DNA of 64,000 bases, taken from positions 8,556,001-8,620,000 of the forward strand of contig CATNEN010000001.1 of the NCBI GenBank assembly GCA_950097015.1, in the 5' to 3' direction. Origin of the DNA: Macrostomum hystrix. Taxonomy: Eukaryota; Animalia; Platyhelminthes. A model generated the notes under the pieces. The model ran no database searches and was not told the DNA's origin. It worked only from the letters and a program-made list of their open reading frames with translations. Below are positions 36,738 through 48,200 of the stretch, one piece after another (position 1 is the first letter of the stretch; every line of letters starts with the position of its first letter). The translations under genes and the position numbers were made by a program.

Positions 36738-39249
36738 ATGGCCGGCAAAGATCAGAAAAACTGGTGTGCCAGGAAACCACTAATCCACCAAAAGTTGCAT
36801 TCTACACAAATGGAGGCCGTTCTTACGGAAAATATCAAACTGAAAGAATTCATAAAGACTGGCGACTATGAAAGTGCTCGCCAGGTGTATTCTAAATTGG
36901 ATAAGCCAAGAAAGCGTCAATTCCTATCGGAATACAGGCTGCAATTGGACATTCATCAGACCATTGTCGAGAGTCTCAATGTGCAAGAGAGTGAACTGAA
37001 TATTCTAGTCGATCTGATTGTATCACGCGAGCTAGGATTCGCCAAAATCATTGTACAAGACCTCGAAGCCATAGGAACGCGAATGATGCCGACATTTAAT
37101 CGTAGTCTGTTCACGCTGACCGACTTCTGTTGCAGCCGCGTGGGCGCACTAACCGAGCAAAAAGTGGCAACAGCCTACGATTCGTTAATAGAGGCCGGGT
37201 CAAACTTCTTTGCCTCCCTACTGGCGTACGAAAGCAACGGGTACCTTCCGTGGGAATATGCGGCCTTGAAGAGTCGCTATTATCTAAGCACTAGCTACCT
37301 GTGCACGCCTGGTCACATTCTACAGAGACAGAAATATGGCAAATGGACAATAGAGACTGTTAACCTGTCCGCTTATGGATGGTCAGGCGACCGTTTTCGA
37401 AAGAATCCTCTAATGTTGTTCGCCGACGAAGTGTTTAACAACAAGAGAGACAAGCTGAAGCGGCAACAGTTGCACTTTTATAACAACTATATCATTAGAG
37501 AATGGGCGGTTGTTGCTAAAAACATCACGCAGGAGCAGGCTAATTTGAAAGTACAGTCGATGCTAGTGCCGCTCCTATGGGGATTATTCTATATGATTCT
37601 GGTGCCGTCAATAATGGCCAAGATCTACACTAACGGCTCATTCGCAAGCGAGGCCAAGGTTCGCGTCACAGGCTTAAATACTGCCTTGGGCAATAGTTCG
37701 AATCCGGCTAGAATTGCCGACTGGATAGCATCTGAACGCTTTCTGTGTGCAATCAAAGTGGTGAACACGTTTCGCTACGTAATGCAAGCCTTACTCATAT
37801 TCTTAGCTGCAACAGCGCTATGCTTGAAGCTGCAGTACACATGGCAATTGCCACCCGATAGAAGGCATTTGCTTCGCAAACTAGTGGAAATGCTGTTTAG
37901 CAAGGTGTTGCTATCAAAGAAGCTGTACGACTGGTGCTACTTTCAAGCTATCATGGATATGTTGATTTTGCTCGTGTGGGAAGCCGTATTTCTGCCTAGT
38001 TTGTACGAAGGTGAATATGCAATCGAACACTGATGCCATTTTCTAATCTAACATTGATGTATTTCAGAGCGGTCTAACGCGTTTGCCCCTCGAAAAAAGG
38101 TCCTTGAGCTCGATTCCGCGGCGAGGCCACATTCATTTGGGCGCAGTCGTGGGGACAGGGTTCGGGGGGCAATTTACGCCCTTGAGGGCCAACCTCCAAG
38201 GCACAGTGAAGTGTACACTGCCTGACGATGAGAAAGTCAGGGCAGATGTACACACTGGTGTGAGCGTGTGCCTTCGTATAGTATCTGTGTGTGCGTGTGT
38301 GCTCAGGAGTCAGCGAAATGGACAAAACTGCCTCCTCAGTGGCTGCGGGCCTATTATCTCCAAATTGATGTGCCATTGCCCGAAGCCTTCCTGCAAATAT
38401 TATTATTACTACTATATTACTATTAGAGACCTTGGTGGTAAGACAGGCAAACGAGTTAGACTGCTCTGCCACTTAGTCTCTTTCAAGCCTCTAAAACCTA
38501 GGTTAAAATTTCATCCTTTTTAATAGTTCAATTTTTTAATTCATCTTTCTTTTTGCCAGATTAATGCTAAATTCCTCATTTTTATTCCAGAAAGCGCTAC
38601 TGCAGAATCAAACGGAACGTCGAAATCAACTCAGACAACGATTAGCATCTATCATCTGTCAACAGTAACCCTAATACTGACTTCTTTGCTAATAACTTCG
38701 GCCATCATGTCCGCCGTACAGCTGTCAACAAAAAGTCGCACATTTCTCTACCTAGTTTATTCGCTGAGAAGCTCGGCCACTGTTGTACACATGCTGCTAA
38801 TACCGATGCTTCTATTCACGGTGATGGCTTACTTTGCATTGCCCTACGAGGCCTACGTTGGCACGAATCCGTTGGGCTATTTGCTGGCGGTCTATCGCCT
38901 ATTCTTCAATGTCAACATCATCTCAGAGACTGGACTGACCATCATTTCGACGGCTCAGCCGTTCTTCTATTTCTTTATTTGTGTTTCATTGCTAAACTTC
39001 ACCATTGCTCTCCTGTCACTAAACATTTCGTACATTAGTCAGAACGTGAAAGTGCACCAGACAATGCTAGCTGTGTACTTTGTTCACCAGTACATGGCCT
39101 TCTGTCACAGATTGCGTCGTTTTACAATCCGACTAGGCTTTGTACGCGACATTCCAACGGTGCTGCGTTTCTGCAGCTGTGACAGCGGAGTGGACGGTTG
39201 CTATGCAACGCTACCCATAGACAGTCACGCCAATGCTGGAATTCTTTGA
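36738..39249 (+). CDS. Multi-pass membrane protein, divergent TRP(V)-like channel; exons 36738-38010 and 38591-39249
   Basis: Phase-1 intron GAAG|GTGAAT...TTCCAG|AA joins the frames; ankyrin-like NGYLPWEYAA, KYGKWTIETVNLS, about 6 hydrophobic segments, S6-like VSLLNFTIALLS. Confidence 0.6.
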
Positions 39250-39860
39250 ATAACCCTACCTACCTGCTTATGCTCGACTTATTGTCTAAACTTAAATCAG
39301 GCATCGATAAAAACTGAAATAAATTTTAAGTCGTAATCGCATCATCGAAACATACACGATTAAAGTTTACTTTGATAACTGAATATTGAACAGTGAGTTA
39401 ACTTTTTGAGAGCTCTTGCCACAGGGATGGTACAAGCATAAATGCCAAGCCAATTGAGACATCATTTTGAAAAAGGTAGCACAGAACGTTGCAAAAATCT
39501 TAAGGTATTATCTAGTTACTCATGGACATGTAAATAAGATTACTGTTTAAGATAAAAATATTTACAAGCAGCCAGGTAAAAAAAATATCAGGAAAATGAA
39601 TCGAGTGATCCTAACCTGATGATCTGGGAATTGAGTAGATTTATCCTAAACTTAAGGATCTGGGAAATTAGCCTCATGATCCCGATATGAGGATCAGAAA
39701 AATATAGTCGTGATTCCAACCTGAGGATTTGGGAAGAATGTCGATTGACCCAAAATCGAGGATCTGGGGACTGAGGGGAGTATTTGCCTAGCACAATAAA
39801 GTTATAAAAAAAACAGACGATCCTGAAATGTATACTGGACCAATAGAAACCAATTCGACA

Positions 39861-42133
39861 TTACATATCCTCAGTGGACCATTTGTAGGCTTCCAGGCTA
39901 ACGGCTTTGCGTTGATTAACGGACTCGAAATAACGCTTTTCAAAGCCGGTGCTTCTATCGACGCCGTCCCAACGGTAGCCGGGCTCAATGTTGAACCGAT
40001 TTGGCGGACCAGGAGGACCATCATAGCGGGGCCGCTTTTGAGGCGGTGGAGGCGGCGGCGGCGGTGGTGACGCATGCGACGGAGATCGAGACGCCGAACG
40101 GCTATACCTGCCGGGCTTGCCGTCATCTCGATCCTTCTTATCCTTCTTTTTGCTCTTTTTCTCCTGCTTGGCCGCTTTTTTAGCCGCTTTCCGAGCCGCC
40201 TTCTCTGCCCGGCGTCGTTGCGTTTCGCGTAGAAACTCGGCCATCGGATCGTCAATGCGCGATTGTTCGCGAAGCATTGCGTCTAGATCGGCGTCGTCTC
40301 TGCTACGAGCCAACGGCTTCGCCGCCTCAATCTGAGCCTCGACGGCGCGCTGCTCTCGCTCAGCGGCTTGGGCTAAGCCTGAGCCCCAACGAGCGTACTG
40401 TGCCTTCAAGGCTTCGGATCGAGCTAGCTCTTCGGCCGTCGGCGGAGGCTTCTCGTTGGGGTTGCGCTTCGACGATCGTCTAGGATTTGGGAGCTTTTTA
40501 CGACGAACCGCTGACGCATACCTGGAAAAAGACATCAGTTTAGCCATGAACGCATGATCTAAAACATGAACATCCTAGGCTCGTATTATATTTCAGCAGC
40601 ATAATAAATACAAGTGTAGGATGAAACTCACCTTCCGAGCTTCTCATCGTCATCTTCATCTAACATCACTTCGCTGGGATGCGTCTGACCGGCTCGCCTG
40701 CGCAATCCTTGCGCCGCCTCGGCCCCTGTAGCATCGTCGCTGCCGCTGTCATTGTTGAAAGCGTCTTTAGCTTGGGAGCCGGCGCGCCTAGGTGGTGACA
40801 GATCGCCATCTTGAGATCTTCCGCCACGACGGGGAGGTGACAGATCGTCTTGAGATCTTCCGCCACGACGGGGAGGTGACAGATCGGTTTCTTGAGATCT
40901 ACCGTCACGACGCGGAGGTGACAGATCGGTTTCATGAGATCTTCCGCCACGACGGGGAGGTGACAGATCGGTTTCTTGAGATCTTCCACCACGACGGGGA
41001 GGTGACAGATCGGTTTCATGAGATCTTCCACCACGACGGGGAGATGACAGATCGTCTTGAGATCTTCCACCACGACGGGGAGATGACAGATCGTCTTGAG
41101 ATCTTCCGCCACGACGGGGAGGTGATATACGGTCTTGAGATCTACCGCCACGACGGGGAGGTGACAGATCCTCTTGGGATCTTCCACCACGACGGGGAGG
41201 TGACAGATCGTCTTGAGATCTTCCACCACGACGGGGAGGTGACAGATCCTCTTGGGATCTAGCGCCACGACGCGGAGGTGACAGAGCCTCTTGGGATCTA
41301 CCGCCACGACGCGGAGGTGACAGATCCTCTTGGGATCTACCGCCACGACGCGGAGGTGACAGATCCTCTTGGGATCTAGCGCCACGACGGGGAGGTGACT
41401 GATCGAGTAGGAATCTACCGCCACGACGCGGAGGTGACAGATCGTCTTGAGATCTTCCACCACGACGCGGTGACAGATCGTCTTGAGATTTTCCACCACG
41501 ACGGGGAGGTGACAGATCAGTGTCTTGGGATCTAATACCACGACGCGGAGGTGACAGATCAGTGTCTTGGGATCTAGCGCCACGACGCGGAGGTGACAGA
41601 TCAGTGTCTCGAGGTCTTAGACCTTGCCGAGGTGGAGATAAATCCGAGTCTGTGCTTTGAAGAGGTCTTCGCGCGGAATCAAGATCCCCATTCCTGTGCT
41701 CTCTGTTGAGTGGTGGAGGCAAATCTTTACCAGCTGCTCTTTGTTGACGTCGGGGCGGAGATACATCTCGCTTTGTGGACGACAGCTCGCTTTGTCCCGA
41801 CTGTGAGCCGCCGCCATCGTCATGACCGGTGACAGTCTGGAATGAGGACTTAAACAGCTTCTTGCGTGCGGCAGCGGATTCTGCCAACTGCTGCTTGGCA
41901 AGTGCCACAGCCGCCTCCTCGTCGTCGTCGTCGTCATCGAATTCTTGATCGAGTTCAGGTCGCTTGACGCCTCGCTTTTTTACTTTTTTGGACTTTTTCT
42001 TTTCGCTACCGCCGGCGATGGCATCGGATTCAATACGACGCTTTTTCTTCTTTGGCAGAGGGTCGGTGTAACGCTTGAGGTATTCGGCTAAGTTGCCGCT
42101 GTTGCCGCTGTCACCGCTGGGTGCCGAAGCCAT
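39861..42133 (-). CDS. BUD13: BUD13 (RES complex splicing factor); exons 42133-40632 and 40521-39861
   Basis: EYLKRY N-terminus, DLSPPRR repeats, DDPMAEF, NRFNIEPGYRWDGVDRSTGFE, AYKWSTEDM C-terminus. Confidence 0.95.
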
Positions 42134-44731
42134 TCTCCAAGTCAATATTCTTCTGGTTAGTTAAAAAGTTTGTTTCTATGCGAACAATTGGCACCTGTTG
42201 GGCGCGAAAAGCTGAAATGAAATTGGACAAAATGCTACAATTTAAATAATGAAAACCATAAATGTATTGAAACATGTACCTGCCATTAATCGTACTGCTA
42301 ATAATGCATACATCAGGTAAAGGGGGTCAGTTTCAGAGAGGGTCAACGCGCCAAGGCACACACCTGTGTGTGCTCAGAATTGTCTCTTCGTTGGCTGCTG
42401 GTCGACTGTCACCAAATGATGCCCCCTAGAAGTACAAATGAGTACGATGATAATAGTAATAGTTGCAGGGGGCAGCGGGAAATTGCACATCAATTGGTGA
42501 CACTAGACCCGCAGCCAGCGAGGAGGCAATTCTGCACATTTCTCTGACTCCTGAGCACACACGCACACAGATACTGTACGCAGGCACTTTCTCGTTGCCA
42601 GACAGTGTACACTTAACTGTGCCTTGGGGGTTTGGCCTTGAAATCAATTTGGCCTCGCAGCGGAATCGAGCTCAAGGATGTTAATGCTATCGTATAACAA
42701 AATAAATATAGAATGAAAATAACTAAAAAAACAAGACAGACACACGATATGATGGGCAAAACAGCTGATAGTACTGATCGAGTTTTTTAAAAGATTTATT
42801 GCAAGGAAAAAAAGATTCTGCCAAAAGTACAATCAAAGTACTATTAGTGTTCAATCATTTTATTCGAATAAAATTTTCACGTTTCAATGACGCGCTTACT
42901 GATAGACGACAAAGACTACCTAAACTGAGAGGTCAAGGGAAAAAGACTGTAGAGAAGGGTAAATACTTAACTACAAAACATTGACAAGGATGTCACTTTT
43001 TTACTTATTTTTCACGAAGGCTGAATGACAGCTAAAACGAATATAATATTAAAATGTGTCTTTAATGTGCTACTTGTTAGTTTAGCAGCATTGAAGCAAA
43101 GCTTAGGCGTTTAATTGATTTCATTAAATAAAAGGAAATAAACATAATTAACATAAATAAACATTGTTTTATAATTGCATAATTTTCGTTTAGATTACAC
43201 CGATAATATATGTTAAAACATGTTGCATAAAATCTCTTGGATATTCATTGTTCGTAGTACATCGATTTTTTAAGAAATTATCCATACGAGTATAAGCATT
43301 GATGATTATACTTATAAAAAGACAATATAAGTTTTAGAACATAAGTATACACCAGAAGAAAAGTTATAAACACCATGTTTTTTAATATATTTAAGTCTCG
43401 ATAAAAAACAGAAGTAAAGGTAGGATAATGACAAGGCGATTGTAAAATAAGTTTTATGATCACAATGATAAATGAACATGGCGCCTATGAAATAAACATT
43501 CATATACATATATGTTATTGCAGTATAATAAACTAATTATATGGTTTCGGATATATACCAGCTTTTGAAAAAATTGTATTGCACATCAAATAAAAAGTAA
43601 TAAATAAAAATATGACAAATTATTCATTATTAAAACTGTCTGAATAAACCACAAATATTAGGAGATACATAAGCTATTGCTATACTTCCAGTAGAGCGCA
43701 AAGCAGCAAATAAGGTCTGCTGAAAAAAATATATATATTGCGATTAAAATGATAAAATTTTTTTTACAAACTGTAAAACGATGTTTTTTCTTAAAAAGGC
43801 TGACAAATTATTTTCTAAAACAAAAAAAAAATAGACGCTTCATACCTCAGTTTGACCAGGTGTACACCAAGCCAAATGTACACCTAGTCAGATGTACATT
43901 TAGCCAGATGTACATCCGGCAAGATGTACACCCAGCAAGATGTACACCCAGCAATATTTACACACATCAAGATTATATACAGGTGACAGAAGTACACCTG
44001 GCTCTGACTCGAACTCGCGACCTCTCCGTGGGAAGTCTAAACCATCAAAAACGTATTCTTATAGAAGAACGTGCTCATAAAAAATGTGTAAATATTGATA
44101 AAGTGCAATTCAAAATCACAAAATAAACAATTAAGAGAATTATGTGCAAATTAAGGAACACAGAAGGTCGACACTGAGGTTAGAAAAAGTTAAAAGTGCA
44201 CAACCGACTCCTTCATTGACAATATTTTTAAACGAAATTCAACTGTGCAAAAAATAAAGTGCAAGAAAACGCTACATACTACTACGAAAAATTATCAAAC
44301 AAAATGAAAGATTGGCATGCAAAAATTATCGAGTAAAAACTGGTTCCATTAAATTCTAATGGCAATAGATGATACACACGATGCCTTGGGCCAGTATTGC
44401 TCAACAATGCGAAAAAATCTAATCTAATCAAAGCAAGCCAAAAATACAAAACAACAAACAGCGAAAAAACACAGCAAAACAATTCTAGACTAATGGTTAG
44501 TCGACTTTGTTCAGAACAAAGTAGAACAACATTGATTCGAAAAAAAATATATTTCTCAACCATCCGTGTTTTTTAATCTTCTATAATAGGTCTATTAGAC
44601 CTAAAATAACGAAAACGCTAATTAGGCTACTTAGAAATTTTTCGTTTTGCTTGTAAGTAGCATAATAAGCTTTTTTCGTTTTTTTATGCCGTATCACACT
44701 AAAAACGAAGCATTAGCTTTTTGTTCTCTTT

Positions 44732-45255
44732 TTAAACCACGTTGCCGCCACTTTTGCGCATCAGACGGGGCGGATGCGGCGGCGGCTGATCAGTGGCCGA
44801 GGACGACGATGAAGGTCCAGCAACTAGGCCCATGGCTTCTTCGTAGCGCGGCGGAAGGTCCTGATTATTGGTGGTGCCATTAGCCAGAAGCTCGTCAAGG
44901 CTGGGCTGGGAGGCTGGCACCGGAGGAGCCGGGCGCCTGGGACCGTGGCCGTGTCCGATGGGAACAACCGACGCGCCCGGACCATCAGCTAGACGTTCAG
45001 CGTGGAGCAGCATAGCCTCCTGCTGGCGGCGGTGGTGCTGTCGGGTTGGTCGCTGAGGCGACGCAGAGCCGTCCTCGCTGCTGCCGGAGCCGGTGCTGCC
45101 ACCGGGTGACAATTTCTTGCCCCGGCGACGATTGACGCGAATGGCAAAGATGGCGACAGCGATTAGGAGGGCCGAGGCGAGGGCGCCGACAAAGACGAAC
45201 ACGATTGGCTCCAGCCAGCGGCGCATTGAAGCCTCATAGGCCGAGGCGGCGATCT
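44732..45255 (-). CDS. MAM receptor constant last exon: TM helix and cytoplasmic tail
   Basis: Acceptor CCGCAG|AG, phase 1; IVFVFVGALASALLIAVAIFAI then RVNRRRGKK; LPPRY. Confidence 0.9.
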
Positions 45256-48200
45256 CTGCGGATTTTGAAAAAAAACGGAGTTGAAGCTTAGTGTACCAGA
45301 GGTCTTGAGTTCGAATCCTAGTCAAGGGAAAATTTAACCATCCGAGCAATACACACGTCTGCCCTGAATTTCTCACTGTGCCCAGGGGGCCAGGCCCCTA
45401 AAGTCTTCTATCGACGACTGTGTGCAAATGTAGCCTCGCAAATGTACATTCGAGCTTAGGAACCTTTGTACGAGAAACCGGACCGATAAGAAACTATATA
45501 TATTATTCTTTTTTTTACTCACGATGGCAAGGTCGATGATAAGCCGTGATATTGTCCACACAGATCCTGGCATTGGGATTGTTAGCCGGAATCGTACCCT
45601 CGAAGATCAGCTAGAGAAAAATTCGAATGAGAGGCACTTTCGTTAAAGCGAAACTTTTAAACAGTAGACGTTTTAAACTTCTGCTGTTTGGTGTAACAGA
45701 CGAAACCCTAAATTAATGTTTACCTTGAAATCTGAATAATCAATCAAATCAACAACAGCCTGTTGCCATTCGGCACTAAAGCCTAAATAGTTTTCATTTC
45801 TAGCCGAGTATTGATTTCGTTGCTGATTGTTGCTAGTCCATAAAGCCTTGTTTTGGCTGCATTGCGTTACGGGTGGTGATAAGTTATCTTTGTTACACAT
45901 GGTAATGCCGGTTGAGTAGAATGTCTCTTGTTATATTTTACACTTTTAAAGGCCTAACAATACTTAGCCTACAGTAGTGTGTTAATGATAGGCTTAAAAG
46001 TAAATCAATCTAACTATACTAAATTAGATTCAAATACTTAGAATAATGATCATAAACGCCAATCCTTTCAATGCGTTAAGGTCTAACAAAAACTTTTTGG
46101 GCAATAAAGTGTGTATCAGACTTTGAAGTAACAAAAATCAATCACCAGAAATACAATAAGTTAATCAAATATTGTTAAGATAATTTGTGCCAAGTTATTA
46201 GCCGTTAGCCGTGTTAGTTAATCAGTATGATTCCGTCTCAAGCATTAGCGCTTTGATTATCAAGTAAAAAAGTGCAACTTAAGCAAAACTTTGCCAGTAA
46301 AATTAGAAAAGCAATCGATAATTATTGATTGCTTTATTGGGAATAAATAATTTGTTAAGAAAGCTAGTTTATTGGACTCAACCGGCATTACCAGAAAACG
46401 CCAGAATTTTGTGTCTCGATGTCCACATTACGACGCTGACAGGAGCTAAAACGTGTAATTCAACATTGCTAGTGTCAACGCTTGTGCTTTCATCTGCCTG
46501 CCTAAACAATTGATATAAATATTTTTGGCAGCAAAGAGGATAAGAGAACCTTAAAGTCTGAGTCAGACTGAAGGTCAACAGTAATTGAAGACCAAGTTGT
46601 TAGTTCATCGAATGATTTGCGATTTGACTGCCACAAAGGACTATTTTGACAGAATATTCCACTACCACCGAGCTGCTTAGATTCAACATTGCGACATGAA
46701 CTGAAAATTGTCATTTATAGTACAGAGACAATAATAAACTGCCATCATTTAGCTTATTTATTGAGTTCTGGTGAATTTGGCAGCGAGAGTCAACAGCTAA
46801 ACACTAAAATAGCAGCGCTTAAATACCTTGAAATCTACAGCGGTCTCTATAGAAACATGAGCCTGGTTCCACAACGACTCCTTTTTTGAAGCAACAGACG
46901 CGGTCGACCAAATTTTGACATTATCACAGGTGACAGAAGTTTTCACCTGACCAGATTCACTACGCTCTGTCTGGTGGCACGATCTATCAGACATTTTTAT
47001 GTATAAAACATTTTTGTACAATTTCGTCTCCTTTAACTAAAACACCTAGTTCAACTGAGCTCATTGGCAGCAAGGATAAAACCATCGCTAAAAATGATAA
47101 TAAAAATAATAACAATTGCAGGAAGGCTGTGGGCAAAGGTACATCATTTGGTGACACTAGACCCGCAACCAGCCAGGACGCAATTCTGCTCATTTCGCTA
47201 ACTCATACATACACGCACACAGATACTGTACGCAGACACATACTCACACAGGTGTGTACATCTGCCCTGACTTTCTCATCGTTAGGCAGTGTATACTCCG
47301 CTCTGCCTTGGAGATTGGCCATCAAGGGCATAAATTGCACGACGAGTCCCCAAGCCTTCTCTCCGCGGCTGCGCCCCAAATAAATTTGGCCTCGCCGCGG
47401 AATCGAGGCGTAATCGAGCTTAGGGACATTGGTGCGAGAGGCAAACGCGTTAAAAGCTCTGCTACCGACCCTCATCGCTAAAAACGAACTTCTACCTTGA
47501 AATCAGCTGCTGAATCAACAGAAACCTGAACATTAGTCCATTGGTTTCTATCAGCTTCTGAGTAAGCCGTTTCAGCAGCAAGACTAGTCCAAATTTTGTC
47601 GCTGTGACAGAGCATAGCTGTTCGAGTCCTGCCACTGTTGTTAACATCAGATTGACTACACGAACTAGAAATCGTGAAATTCATCCGAGCTTGTAAAACT
47701 ACTATCATTAGCCTGGCAGAAATTAAAATACGAATTGCTTCAAAGAACCATCTTGACACCGGAGTTTGACTTGGATTTGAAAATTATAAATTTACCTTGA
47801 AATCGCTACCAGATTTAATCGGAATTGAAACTACACTCCATCTGAGTCTATCAGGATTAGACACGGTTAAACTATGACCAGATGCTGAGCTATTGGTTGA
47901 CCAAATCAGTTTGTTTTTGCACAAAACCGAAGTGAAAATTTCATTTCGTTCAATTTCATTGGCCTGTTGGCAAGATCTAAAATACGTTTGTAGCAAAACT
48001 TTTTGCTAAGAGGGCGAAACTAATTCTAAGAAAAAATCGGAGAATACTTCAAGGTGAGTTTTTCGGAGCTGAAGTGGTTCAATTTAAGATTTTTTGAAGA
48101 ATGTTTGTTATTACCTTAAAATCTCCATTTGATGTTAAATCGACATTGACAATGGACCAAATATTAGCATTGCTAACGGATGGCGCAGTATCCGCACTTG

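Noticed and set aside
40666-41583. Alternative-frame 305-aa ORF in BUD13
   Set aside because: Shadow of the DLSPPRR coding repeat, which is a known BUD13 feature
45857-45900. ORF-track start MCNKDNLSPPVTQ as part of the last B exon
   Set aside because: No phase-2 acceptor exists upstream; splicing from 46392 to 45856 restores the family consensus GVFCQNKALW
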